Positions 1 to 9,180 of a stretch of DNA of 35,654 nt are shown one piece after another. The first letter of the stretch is position 1. Every line of letters starts with the position of its first letter. The position numbers and the translations under genes were made by a program. The stretch is taken from UHGV virus genome UHGV-0232315, one strand, 5' to 3'. A model generated the notes under the pieces. It saw nothing but the letters and a program-made list of their open reading frames with translations, was not told the DNA's origin and ran no database searches. Origin of the DNA: a virus.

Positions 1-60
1 CAAAAATCAGAACCCACGAATACAACCGCTCAATGGATGTCATCAGTTGAGGTGACTTTT

Positions 61-294
61 ATGCGCATTGAAATAATGATCGATAAAGAGCAGAAGATTA
101 GCCAGTCTACCCTGGACGCCCTTGAATCCGAGCTTTACCGCAATCTGCGCCCCCTGTATCCCAAAACGGTAATTCGTATCCGAAAAGGTAGCTCTAACGG
201 TGTGGAACTGACCGGACTGCAACTGGACGAAGAAAGAAAACAAGTGATGAAAATTATGCAGAAGGTGTGGGAAGACGACAGCTGGCTGCATTAA
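61..294 (+). CDS. dinI: DinI-family protein (DNA-damage-inducible protein I-like)
   Basis: Translation MRIEIMIDKEQ...QKVWEDDSWLH resembles DinI over its whole length; GAGGTG RBS 5 nt upstream of ATG 61; reading frame is also open upstream to window position 1 (alternative ATG 37). Confidence 0.7.
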   Translation: MRIEIMIDKEQKISQSTLDALESELYRNLRPLYPKTVIRIRKGSSNGVELTGLQLDEERKQVMKIMQKVWEDDSWLH

Positions 295-383
295 GAAACG
301 TTGCTGGCATCAGTATTTGATTCTGAAGCCAGCAAGGTTGAACAACGAGCAGGGCGAGGCGTTAGTGTTATCATCAAAGAATT

Positions 384-941
384 TCACATAAACATCTGGA
401 TTTGCTCGTTTTTTAGTTGGTTGATTTTTTCGCGCAATCTGATCTTTTCATCAGCTTTTTCCAAAGAGGCTGGTGACATGCAGTTAATCAAAGCGTCAAG
501 GTGCTCTGGAGATTTGATAATAAAGAACTTTTTGTATTTATTAACAAAAACGACAGAGCATTTTTTACGTTTAAGAAGCTCAATCACGTTACTCAGAGTA
601 CCCGTGCTCTTCGTATCCCAAACCATTAATCCATAATCGGCTTCTTCTGCCATTTTGAGATCTTTCGCAGTGAAAAACGCGCGAGTGCCGGCTGCATGGC
701 TAGTACTTACTACATGTACAGGCCATGAGCCAAGATTATTGCGCGGTTTTTCTGAGCTACTGAATACTGTGGCTTTTTCACATCCAAGTTCTAGCAATAC
801 GCGTTGAACAGATGCATCAACACCATTGGCATCACCAACTACAATACGAAAACGCGAGTTAACAATTTTTTTCAGACGATCCACGATGAGTGTGTCAAGG
901 TTTTTGATGGTTATTGAACCAGCAACAAATACCGTAGTCAT
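384..941 (-). CDS. DprA/SLOG-like Rossmann-fold protein (ShosA-like candidate)
   Basis: ORF-track protein with VFVAGS, IVVGDANGVD (DprA-type GxARGID-like) and STGTLSNVIE (LOG-type PGGxGT-like) motifs; ORF-track start 953 is TTG, I place the start at ATG 941 preceded by GGAG; 2 nt after the upstream gene stop (translational coupling). Confidence 0.6.
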   Translation of the reverse strand: MTTVFVAGSITIKNLDTLIVDRLKKIVNSRFRIVVGDANGVDASVQRVLLELGCEKATVFSSSEKPRNNLGSWPVHVVSTSHAAGTRAFFTAKDLKMAEEADYGLMVWDTKSTGTLSNVIELLKRKKCSVVFVNKYKKFFIIKSPEHLDALINCMSPASLEKADEKIRLREKINQLKNEQIQMFM

Positions 942-943
942 CA

Positions 944-1525
944 CTATCTCCAAGTCAAAGCTGCAACATAAATGCTTCTAACCTTAGTATAATCGTTTAG
1001 CACAGCACAAGCAGCCTCCATAGATGCGCCTGTATGGTAAAGGTCGTCAATGATAAGGACATTCCAGTTGCCATTATTCTCAATACTGTCATTAACAGAG
1101 AACGAATTACCCAGCGCCGTGATTTTCTCTTCTTTTGTATTCAGGTTCTTTAGCGAAGCCCCGCCGGGGGCTTTCAACAAGAGGTCATCGAAGCATGGTT
1201 TGCCAACTAGTTTGGCTAGTTCCTGAGCTATTTCGGTCACTGGCTGGCGTGCACGCTGATTAGATGCAGCCATTGGAACGATAAACCCGACATTGCTGAA
1301 ATGAGGAAAGGCATGCTCTGCTAGGCATTGGGCTAAAGGCTTAACTTGTGACCAATCGTTACGGTATTTAAGCTGGAAAAGAGATTCGCCTACCTCAGTA
1401 CGCTCAGTCTCAAACCGCATATGTCCCCACTCATCGTAACCAATGGGAATGCTGCGGATGCTGTGTTTATCCATCGCAAGACCTAATTCCCAATTTCCAA
1501 CAATCTGTTTTATGTTGACTTTCAT
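944..1525 (-). CDS. Phosphoribosyltransferase (PRTase)-fold protein (ShosT-like candidate)
   Basis: Classic type I PRTase PRPP-binding motif VLIIDDLYHTGASM near the C-terminus; ATG start 1525; first gene of a two-gene minus-strand operon. Confidence 0.65.
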   Translation of the reverse strand: MKVNIKQIVGNWELGLAMDKHSIRSIPIGYDEWGHMRFETERTEVGESLFQLKYRNDWSQVKPLAQCLAEHAFPHFSNVGFIVPMAASNQRARQPVTEIAQELAKLVGKPCFDDLLLKAPGGASLKNLNTKEEKITALGNSFSVNDSIENNGNWNVLIIDDLYHTGASMEAACAVLNDYTKVRSIYVAALTWR

Positions 1526-1796
1526 GGCTCACCGTTTGCTGTGTAAAACACCAAAGATTACCTCTTGTTATATTTGGTGAAAGCGAAAGTTTCATTTTTT
1601 GCAGTGGAGATCAAATGTTACTCCGTGAACATTTTTAGCAGGTGGCCTCGCTACACGGTTTGGTGTAACTACTGCATGTCTATACTGCATAAATCCGCAT
1701 GATCGTTTAAGGATCGCTCTAGTTGGGGACTGCTAGGTATGGCGGGCTTTTGCTTATGTCATGCAGGTGCATGAAAACCACTATATAAAGCGGGCA

Positions 1797-1815
1797 GGCG
1801 TGGCGGGGATACGAG
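1797..1815. other. Possible cos (cohesive end) site
   Basis: GGCGTGGCGGGGATACGAG: first 13 nt match the P2/186 19-nt cohesive-end sequence as I recall it (GGCG[A/T]GGCGGGGAAAGCA..); lies in a 423-bp intergenic region next to a CATGCA-gg-TGCATG dyad (about 1758-1771). Confidence 0.35.
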
Positions 1816-1948
1816 CGCGCGTTATGACAAATAGATGATTAGCCTGATTTATTTACAGCTGTATAAATGATCACCTTGTAATTAGGTAAGTAATGTCTTC
1901 TATTATCATTGATTTGATAGGATTAATCTGTTTTTTGAGGATTAGAGG

Positions 1949-4285
1949 ATGATTGAAGAGGTAGTTATTGACAAGGTAGGCTCATATAATGGCCCTACGC
2001 AGCTTTTACATGGACTTTCTAAATTTAACTATTTATATGGAGCTAATGGTGCAGGTAAAACAACTATAAGTAAAATTATTAATGACCCTGAACAATATCC
2101 AACATGTCCGATTAAATGGAAAAATAATATATCTTTAATAAGCTACGTATATAATAAAGATTTTGTTGAAAGAAATTTTAGTCAAGATAAAATTAAAGGT
2201 GTATTTACCCTTGGTAGCGATCTTAAGGAGGATGAAGAGAAACTAATATCTCTTAAAGAAGAAAAAAATAAGCTAATGGAATCTATTATAGCAAAGGGAA
2301 AGTTAATAGATGGTGGTGATAATGAATTAGGCGTTATTAAAAAAATCGAAGACCATGAAAAATCTTTTAAAGATTCATGTTGGAAGCAAAAAGTAAAACA
2401 TGACAATGTGTTCTCAAAGGCTTTTGAGGGATTAAGGAATAGTAGTGAAAAATTTAAAGCCAGAGTGTTGGCTGAGTATGAAAATAATACATCAGAAGTT
2501 TGCTCAATAGCAGAGTTAATTGAGAAAGCAAAAATTGTTTTTTCTACTGAATTGACATCACATGTATCAATTACAATTCCATCCTTCAATGGGATAGATG
2601 ATATTTTGAGTAGGGAAATTTGGAGTGAGCGTATTCTAGGGAAAAAAGACGTTAGTGTTTCAGACTTAATTACAATGCTCAATAACAGTGATTGGGTTAA
2701 GGAGGGTTTAACATATTTCAGTAAATCTAATCCCAAGTGCCCATTCTGCCAGCAGGATGTAAATGATAATATATTTGATAATCTTTCATCATATTTTGAT
2801 AAAACATATGAGTTAAAAAAAAGAGAAATCGATGCATTGGTTTTACAATATGAATATCAACTTAATAATATCTTGAAGGCGATAGATGATATAAGGGCGA
2901 TTAAATCTCCATTCATAAATTATGAAGTGTTTGAGGATAAGGCTAAGATAGTATTATCTGAATTAAACAAGAATTTTGAATTGGCAAAAAATAAACGCAA
3001 TTTTTTAAGTGAATCAGTTCATTTTAGTGACTTAAGTGAAGTTGTTGATGATTTTATTTCTTTTTTGAATGATTCAAATCTATTGATAGATAATAATAAC
3101 AAAATATATAGTAATAGAAAGGTAGAGGCTAGTAATCTTTCTAAGCAGATATGGGCATATATCGTAAAGGTGGAGTTAAAGTCTGAAATAACTTCTTACC
3201 GTAGCAAATCTGATAAATTTAATAGGACGTTACAAGGACTTAAATCTGGGATAGAAGAAGACAAAAAGAAGTTAATGTTAAATACTTCGGCTATTGAGGC
3301 AATTGAGTCTAATAAAACCAGTACTCTTCCAACTATTACAAAAATTAACAAGATTCTGGACTCTTATGGCTTCAAAAATTTTTACTTAAAACCCTCCGAA
3401 GATAAAAAGCATTATATGATAGTAAGAGATAGTGGAGATAATGCTCGTACAACCCTTAGTGAGGGAGAAAAGACATTTATCACTTTTTTGTACTTTTATA
3501 GCCTTGTTAGAGGGAGTGATAATGCATCAGGTGTTTTAGATGATCGTGTTGTAGTATTTGATGATCCAATTTCAAGTTTAGATAGTGATATTCTGTTTAT
3601 TGTAAGTTCGTTGATTAAAGATTTAATGGAGGATGTTCGTAAGGATGAAGGAAATATTAAGCAAATTATATTCCTTACTCATAATATTTATTTTCATAAA
3701 GAGTTGACTTTTAATACCAAAAGATCCGGTAATCAAGCAATGAAAGAGGAGACTTTTTGGATTGTAAGGAAAAAAGGGAAGGTTTCATATCTTGAAAAGT
3801 GCGAATCAAACCCAATAAAAACGTCTTATGATTTGCTCTGGTGCGAATTGAGAAGAACAGACATTAATAATAATACTATACAAAATACAATGCGAAGGAT
3901 TTTGGAGAATTACTTTAAGATATTAGGTGGGATGGATATTAGGAAGCTTGAGTGTCATTTTTATGGTGATGAAAAAATCATATTTAAATCTTTAGTGTCA
4001 TGGATTAATGATGGTTCCCATTTTGCAGGTGATGATCTTTATATGAATTTAGATACGGAGTCTGTGCAAAAATATTTAATTGTTTTTCAGAAGATATTTG
4101 AATGTAGTGAGCATACTGCCCATTACAAAATGATGATGGGTGAGTTTTATAAACCGTTAAATGAGTCACTTCATCTACAAGATGAGTTTGATATAGATGA
4201 TAGTGCGAATGATGAGTATGCTTCGTCAAAAATTGAGATAAAAGATGGAATAAACACATCTCTACATAGCAACACATATTTGTAA
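1949..4285 (+). CDS. ABC-type (AAA_13-like) ATPase with coiled-coil CxxC hook; RloC/PrrC-like candidate anticodon nuclease
   Basis: Walker A GANGAGKT (aa 32-39), Walker B/D-loop VVVFDDPISSLD, internal CPFC motif between Walker motifs, C-terminal R-x3-E..H arrangement (RRILEN ... H); very AT-rich relative to phage backbone; GAGG RBS. Confidence 0.55.
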   Translation: MIEEVVIDKVGSYNGPTQLLHGLSKFNYLYGANGAGKTTISKIINDPEQYPTCPIKWKNNISLISYVYNKDFVERNFSQDKIKGVFTLGSDLKEDEEKLISLKEEKNKLMESIIAKGKLIDGGDNELGVIKKIEDHEKSFKDSCWKQKVKHDNVFSKAFEGLRNSSEKFKARVLAEYENNTSEVCSIAELIEKAKIVFSTELTSHVSITIPSFNGIDDILSREIWSERILGKKDVSVSDLITMLNNSDWVKEGLTYFSKSNPKCPFCQQDVNDNIFDNLSSYFDKTYELKKREIDALVLQYEYQLNNILKAIDDIRAIKSPFINYEVFEDKAKIVLSELNKNFELAKNKRNFLSESVHFSDLSEVVDDFISFLNDSNLLIDNNNKIYSNRKVEASNLSKQIWAYIVKVELKSEITSYRSKSDKFNRTLQGLKSGIEEDKKKLMLNTSAIEAIESNKTSTLPTITKINKILDSYGFKNFYLKPSEDKKHYMIVRDSGDNARTTLSEGEKTFITFLYFYSLVRGSDNASGVLDDRVVVFDDPISSLDSDILFIVSSLIKDLMEDVRKDEGNIKQIIFLTHNIYFHKELTFNTKRSGNQAMKEETFWIVRKKGKVSYLEKCESNPIKTSYDLLWCELRRTDINNNTIQNTMRRILENYFKILGGMDIRKLECHFYGDEKIIFKSLVSWINDGSHFAGDDLYMNLDTESVQKYLIVFQKIFECSEHTAHYKMMMGEFYKPLNESLHLQDEFDIDDSANDEYASSKIEIKDGINTSLHSNTYL

Positions 4286-4296
4286 TTTTATTACAA

Positions 4297-4326
4297 TTGC
4301 CAGTAGCAACAATACGGTACTGGCAA
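4297..4326. terminator. Hairpin between convergent genes (possible bidirectional terminator)
   Basis: TTGCCAGTA-(12 nt loop)-TACTGGCAA perfect 9-bp inverted repeat between the ATPase gene stop (4285) and Q stop (4335); followed on + strand by ctaatatttt. Confidence 0.4.
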
Positions 4327-4334
4327 CTAATATT

Positions 4335-5363
4335 TTAGTTAAGCTCATATGGAGAAAATTCTATAAGTTTTTCCCCGAGCCATGCATTAATTTCTCTAAA
4401 TCGTTTTTGCAAAGGAATTAATTCATTTATCACAAAAACCTTACTAGCCTTCTCCACATCCCCAAATCCCCCGACATTATTAGGCATAATCCCCATCATT
4501 TGCGGTGGAACGCGGTGTGCCGCCATCATGTCATCGCGACTAACATTTTTGATATTCAGAAACTCATCCTTCGCTGCGACTTCTGATAACGGGATAATCT
4601 GAAGCCCGTCCTTTTTGCCGTTAGGTGAGTACATAAACAGGTTGCGGAAGTTGCCCGGCCCTTTGGCGCTTTTCATCGCATTGCGGAGGTTGTTCACATC
4701 CTCCTGGTTTTGCGCGGCATCGGTCATGTACATGATAAAGCCCGCATGACTGCCGTTAATGTAATACTTGCGACGGAACAGCGTGGCGGACTCGTTGAGC
4801 AGGGCTGACGGAATGGCAGAAAGATAACCGGGCAGGCCGTAGATCTCCTGATTAATATCCGGTTCCATCAGATGAAAAATGCTGCCTTTCGTGAACTGAT
4901 ACGGCTGGGTTGTCATACCGTATTGCACAAACCAGTAGGTATCCAGGTCTAATCCGCGTCGGGTGTATTTTGCCAGCGCAGGTTCAAGGGCGATCACTTC
5001 ACCGAAGCGGTTCGTGCGTTTCTCCAGATAGGCGTTGCCAAATACCAGATAGTCCTGCACAAAACGCGAAAAAGCTTGCTGGCTGAGCAGAGGATGAGGG
5101 ATATAGGTACTGGTCAGAATGTTGCACTTTACTGCAATCGGGGAACTGTGATGCACGGCAGCGCGGAAGGTGCGCGCCAGTCCGTCAAAGCTGACGGGCG
5201 GCTCATACCAACGGTCCATCTGTACGCATTCCACATAGTCCAGTAATTCTCGGCGGTCCAGAACAGGAACGGGATCGCCGAAGCTGAATGCTTCGGCTGT
5301 AGTCTGGTTTTTATGCTGGATCTGATTCGTCGCCGCAGTGCGGTTTTTCTTACTCTTTCCCAT
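4335..5363 (-). CDS. Q: Portal protein (P2 gpQ-like)
   Basis: Protein MGKSKKNRTAA... with P2 Q-like length and position; ORF-track start 5366 is TTG, ATG at 5363 overlaps the stop of P (TGATG). Confidence 0.9.
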   Translation of the reverse strand: MGKSKKNRTAATNQIQHKNQTTAEAFSFGDPVPVLDRRELLDYVECVQMDRWYEPPVSFDGLARTFRAAVHHSSPIAVKCNILTSTYIPHPLLSQQAFSRFVQDYLVFGNAYLEKRTNRFGEVIALEPALAKYTRRGLDLDTYWFVQYGMTTQPYQFTKGSIFHLMEPDINQEIYGLPGYLSAIPSALLNESATLFRRKYYINGSHAGFIMYMTDAAQNQEDVNNLRNAMKSAKGPGNFRNLFMYSPNGKKDGLQIIPLSEVAAKDEFLNIKNVSRDDMMAAHRVPPQMMGIMPNNVGGFGDVEKASKVFVINELIPLQKRFREINAWLGEKLIEFSPYELN

Positions 5364-7129
5364 CAAAAAATCTCCACAATATTGCTGGTATTGGCGGACT
5401 CGCCCTGCAGCGGTTCGTTAAACAGTGCGTGCATCGTTGCCCAGGCCAGATCGGCGTGGCTGGCTTCTTCGCTGCGGCTGGCTTCATAGGTTGGGCGGTT
5501 GCCACTGGCGGTGGTTGCGCGACGGATTGCCATAAATGACTGCGCAATGTCGGTGTGCCCGGCGTCAAACTCCAGACGGCGGTGGCTGATAATGTCGTAG
5601 GCCTTGAGTACCAGGGCGTTTTTAACGTTGGGGTTGTAGACAAACTCCCGGACGGCAGGAAAGAACGCTTTCACGTTCTCGTAAACCCCGTGACCAACGC
5701 CGGTTGAGTCGATACCGATATAAGTCACGTTGTACTGCTCGGTAAGTTTTTTGATGGCGTCAGCCTGGGCGCGGAAGTCCATCCCGCGCCACTGGTGACG
5801 CTCAAGAATGCGGAACTTACCACCCGGCACGGCTGGCGGTGCCACCACCACGCATCCGGCGCTGTCGCCGTTTTGCGTACCTTTTGCCGGGTCATAACCG
5901 ATCCACACTTCGCGCCAGCCAAACGGGCGCAGCGCCAGTGCATGAAAGTCGGTCCAGATTTCCCAGCTGTCTACCATGCACGCCTGCAGCTCGCTGAGAG
6001 GGAACACGGACGCGAGATCGTCCACAAACTCGCACATCAGCAGGTTCTGGTATTCGTCCGGGCTGTACTCCATGCGCAACTGGTCAAGGTCGAACAGGTT
6101 ACAGCCGCCGCGCACCGCATCTTCCACGGTGACTATCTGGCGGTATTGCCCGTCTGCGCACAGCAGGCCGGGGGCCAGATTTCTGTGGGACAGGTCGATG
6201 TCCACCTTATCGGCTTTGTTGCGCCCACGGTTGAACAGCGCACCGGACCAGAACGGATAAGCACTGTGTGTCAGACTGGATGGCGTGGAAAAATAGGTTT
6301 GTCGCCATTTTTTGTGAATAGCCATACCGGAAGCCACTTTGCGCAGCTCCTGGAATTTCGGTATCCAGAAATATTCATCCAGATACAGGTTGCCGTGGTA
6401 ACTCTGGGCCGTGCGGGCATTGGTGCCGAGGAAGTAAAGCGTGGCCCCGTTAGGAAGCACCATCGGATCGCCTTTCAGCTCCACCTCGACTTCTTTGGCG
6501 AAGTCGATGATGTACTGCTTAAAGACGTGGGCCTGTGCCTTACTGGCGGAAAGGAAAATCTGGTTACGTCCGGTAAGCAGAGCGTCAATCAGGGCTTCAC
6601 GGGCAAAGTAAAAGGTCGCGCCGATCTGGCGTGATTTCAGCAGGTTGCGGATGCGGTTGGTTTTTCCGGCTTCCCACCAGTGGCGCTGGTAGTTGAACAT
6701 GGAGGAATGGAAGATTTCTTCCAGCTTCTCAATCTGTTCATCGGTGAAAACATTCTTTTCCGGCTGACGGCGCGGGCCTTTGTTGCGGTTGGCGACGTTA
6801 GGGTTTAAGTCGGCTTCGTTGCCGCCATTGTTAAACTTGCCGATGCGCGCGTGGCGCTCCGACTGGCGCGCCAGCAGGTCAATCTCTTTGAAATCTTTCC
6901 CTTCTTTGTGCTCCTTCATAATGAGCTGGCAGTAGCGTGCGGCGGTGGTGAGCTGCATCTGATCCAGCGGCCCATAGTCACCCCACTTGTCGCGTTTTTT
7001 CCAGCTATGAACGGTTGCAACTTTCTCGCCCAGCATTTCAGCAATGCGGGCGACGCGGTATCCCTGAAAGTACAGCAGCATGGCCTGCCGACGGGGATCG
7101 AGATCTGCGGGTGTCAGTGTGGTGTTCAT
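5363..7129 (-). CDS. P: Terminase large (ATPase) subunit (P2 gpP-like)
   Basis: 588-aa product upstream of Q in the divergent P2 arrangement; ATG 7129. Confidence 0.9.
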   Translation of the reverse strand: MNTTLTPADLDPRRQAMLLYFQGYRVARIAEMLGEKVATVHSWKKRDKWGDYGPLDQMQLTTAARYCQLIMKEHKEGKDFKEIDLLARQSERHARIGKFNNGGNEADLNPNVANRNKGPRRQPEKNVFTDEQIEKLEEIFHSSMFNYQRHWWEAGKTNRIRNLLKSRQIGATFYFAREALIDALLTGRNQIFLSASKAQAHVFKQYIIDFAKEVEVELKGDPMVLPNGATLYFLGTNARTAQSYHGNLYLDEYFWIPKFQELRKVASGMAIHKKWRQTYFSTPSSLTHSAYPFWSGALFNRGRNKADKVDIDLSHRNLAPGLLCADGQYRQIVTVEDAVRGGCNLFDLDQLRMEYSPDEYQNLLMCEFVDDLASVFPLSELQACMVDSWEIWTDFHALALRPFGWREVWIGYDPAKGTQNGDSAGCVVVAPPAVPGGKFRILERHQWRGMDFRAQADAIKKLTEQYNVTYIGIDSTGVGHGVYENVKAFFPAVREFVYNPNVKNALVLKAYDIISHRRLEFDAGHTDIAQSFMAIRRATTASGNRPTYEASRSEEASHADLAWATMHALFNEPLQGESANTSNIVEIF

Positions 7130-7175
7130 GGCACAAACCTACAGCCTTGAATGAAGGCTTTCCCCGCCTGCGGTT

Positions 7176-7193
7176 TGTGTGGTTGTCGGTACA
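7176..7193. promoter_or_regulatory. Ogr/B-type late-promoter activator site (TGT-N12-ACA) in the P/O divergent promoter region
   Basis: TGTgtggttgtcggtACA; centre is 87 bp from the O ATG and 55 bp from the P ATG; an imperfect second dyad TGTttcactgcccccATC lies at 7206-7223. Confidence 0.55.
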
Positions 7194-7271
7194 AATACCG
7201 CGCATTGTTTCACTGCCCCCATCACCGCAACCATAAGGCTCCAGTAAGTTTTTTCTAACGGAGCACGGCTC

Positions 7272-8105
7272 ATGACAGTGAAAGCAAAGCGTTTTCGCAT
7301 CGGGGTGGAAGGTGCCACCACCGATGGACGCGAAATCCAGCGTGAATGGCTGGAACAGATGGCAGCCAGCTACAACCCGGCGGTGTATACCGCGCTGATT
7401 AACCTTGAGCACATCAAGTCTTATCTGCCGGACAGCACCTTTAACCGCTACGGCAAGGTGACGGCGCTGTTTGCTGAAGAAATTACGGAAGGTCCGCTGG
7501 CAGGCAAGATGGCATTGTATGCCGACGTTGAGCCAACGGAGTCCCTGGTGGAACTGGTGAAAAAAGGCCAGAAATTATTCACCTCTATGGAAGTCAGCCC
7601 GAAGTTTGCTGATACGGGCAAAGCCTACCTGGTCGGCCTGGCTGCCACTGATGATCCAGCCAGTCTGGGTACGGAAATGCTGACATTCAGCGCCAGTGCA
7701 GCCCATAACCCGCTGGCAAACCGCAAACAGAATCCTGCCAATCTCTTTACCGCTGCAGAGGAAACGGTGATCGAACTGGAAGAAATCCAGGATGACAAAC
7801 CGTCCCTGTTTGCCCGTGTCACGGCGCTGTTCACCAAAAAAGAGCAGTCCGATGATGCCCGGTTCTCTGATGTGCATAAGGCCGTGGAACTGGTCGCTAC
7901 CGAGCAGCAGAACCTGAGTACGCGCACCGAAAAATCCCTGTCTGAGCAGGAAGAACGCCTGTCTGAGCTGGAGACTGCCCTGCAGGCACAGCAGACCGCC
8001 TTTAATGAACTGGTGGACAAGCTGAGCCATGAAGACAGGCGCCAGGACTACCGCCAGCGTGCAACAGGCGGCAACGCCCCCGCTGACACTCTGACCAATT
8101 GCTGA
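7272..8105 (+). CDS. O: Capsid scaffolding protein (P2 gpO-like)
   Basis: 277 aa, position and sequence consistent with P2 O; ATG 7272. Confidence 0.9.
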   Translation: MTVKAKRFRIGVEGATTDGREIQREWLEQMAASYNPAVYTALINLEHIKSYLPDSTFNRYGKVTALFAEEITEGPLAGKMALYADVEPTESLVELVKKGQKLFTSMEVSPKFADTGKAYLVGLAATDDPASLGTEMLTFSASAAHNPLANRKQNPANLFTAAEETVIELEEIQDDKPSLFARVTALFTKKEQSDDARFSDVHKAVELVATEQQNLSTRTEKSLSEQEERLSELETALQAQQTAFNELVDKLSHEDRRQDYRQRATGGNAPADTLTNC

Positions 8106-8121
8106 TGGAGCACAAAACCTG

Positions 8122-9180
8122 ATGAAGAAGAATACCCGCTTTGCTTTTAACGCTTACCTGCAGCAGCTGGCGCGTCTGAACGGTGTGGCAGTTGAAGAAC
8201 TGTCCAGCAAGTTCACCGTGGAGCCGTCTGTACAGCAGACGCTGGAAGACCAGATCCAGCAGTCCGCCGCTTTCCTGACGCTGATTAACGTCGCGCCAGT
8301 GACTGAGCAGTCCGGTCAGCTGCTGGGGTTGGGAGTTGGCAGCACCATTGCCGGAACCACTGATACCACCGCGAAAGAGCGTGAACCTGTCGATCCGACG
8401 CTGATGGTCGATGTGGAATACAAATGCGAGCAGACCAACTTTGACACGGTACTGACCTACGCGAAGCTGGACCTGTGGGCGAAGTTTCAGGATTTCCAGG
8501 TGCGTATCCGTGACGCCATCGTGAAACGTCAGGCACTGGACCGCATCATGATCGGCTTTAACGGCGTGAAGCGTGCGAAAACCTCCAACCGTAGCGAAAA
8601 CCCGCTGTTGCAAGATGTGAACAAAGGCTGGCTGCAGAAAATCCGTGAAGATGCACCGGATCACGTCATGGGTAGCACCACCACGGGCGGTGAAACCACA
8701 CCGGGTGCGGTGAAAGTCGGGAAAGGTGGCGAATATGCCAACCTGGACGCCGTGGTGATGGATGCCGTCAATGAGCTTATCGACGTGGTCTACCAGGACG
8801 ATGACGATCTGGTGGTGATTTGCGGTCGTGAACTGCTGTCTGACAAGTATTTCCCGCTGGTCAACAAAGAGCAGGAAAACAGTGAAAAACTGGCTGCCGA
8901 TATGATCATCAGTCAGAAACGCATGGGTGGCCTGCAGGCCGTGCGTGCGCCGTTCTTCCCGCCGAATGCACTGCTGATCACCCGTCTGGATAACCTGTCC
9001 ATCTACTGGCAGGAAGACACCCGCCGCCGCTCAGTTATCGACAACCCGAAACGTGACCGGATTGAAAACTTTGAATCCGTTAATGAAGCCTATGTGGTTG
9101 AGGACTACCGCTGCGCCGCACTGGTGGAAAACATCCAGATTGGCGATTTCAGCGCCGCTGCAGCAGAAGCCGGAGCGTAA
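8122..9180 (+). CDS. N: Major capsid protein (P2 gpN-like)
   Basis: 352 aa following O; ATG 8122. Confidence 0.9.
   Translation: MKKNTRFAFNAYLQQLARLNGVAVEELSSKFTVEPSVQQTLEDQIQQSAAFLTLINVAPVTEQSGQLLGLGVGSTIAGTTDTTAKEREPVDPTLMVDVEYKCEQTNFDTVLTYAKLDLWAKFQDFQVRIRDAIVKRQALDRIMIGFNGVKRAKTSNRSENPLLQDVNKGWLQKIREDAPDHVMGSTTTGGETTPGAVKVGKGGEYANLDAVVMDAVNELIDVVYQDDDDLVVICGRELLSDKYFPLVNKEQENSEKLAADMIISQKRMGGLQAVRAPFFPPNALLITRLDNLSIYWQEDTRRRSVIDNPKRDRIENFESVNEAYVVEDYRCAALVENIQIGDFSAAAAEAGA

Noticed and set aside
37-294. Longer DinI-like ORF starting at ATG 37, or a Tum-DinI fusion continuing from the 3' window end
   Set aside because: ATG 61 has a good GAGGTG RBS while ATG 37 has none; a circular wrap from the 3' ORF lands in a different frame (stop at 48-50), so an in-frame fusion is not supported by the sequence.
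301-335. Inverted repeat TTGCTGGC...GCCAGCAA between the DinI-like and SLOG genes as a terminator
   Set aside because: 19-nt loop and no adjacent U-run on either strand; too weak to call.
301-636. 111-aa plus-strand ORF overlapping the DprA/SLOG-like gene
   Set aside because: Antisense to a gene with recognisable Rossmann motifs and translational coupling to its partner; no RBS.
2182-2736. 184-aa ORF antisense to the RloC-like ATPase gene
   Set aside because: Ser/Leu/Phe-rich translation of AT-rich antisense strand; sits inside the Walker A-proximal part of a gene with clear motifs.
5795-6634. 279-aa ORF antisense to the terminase gene P (and the similar 5976-6260 and 5725-5943 ORFs)
   Set aside because: Lies entirely within and opposite to a conserved, well-supported structural gene; long antisense ORFs are expected in GC-rich coding DNA; no RBS or motif support.
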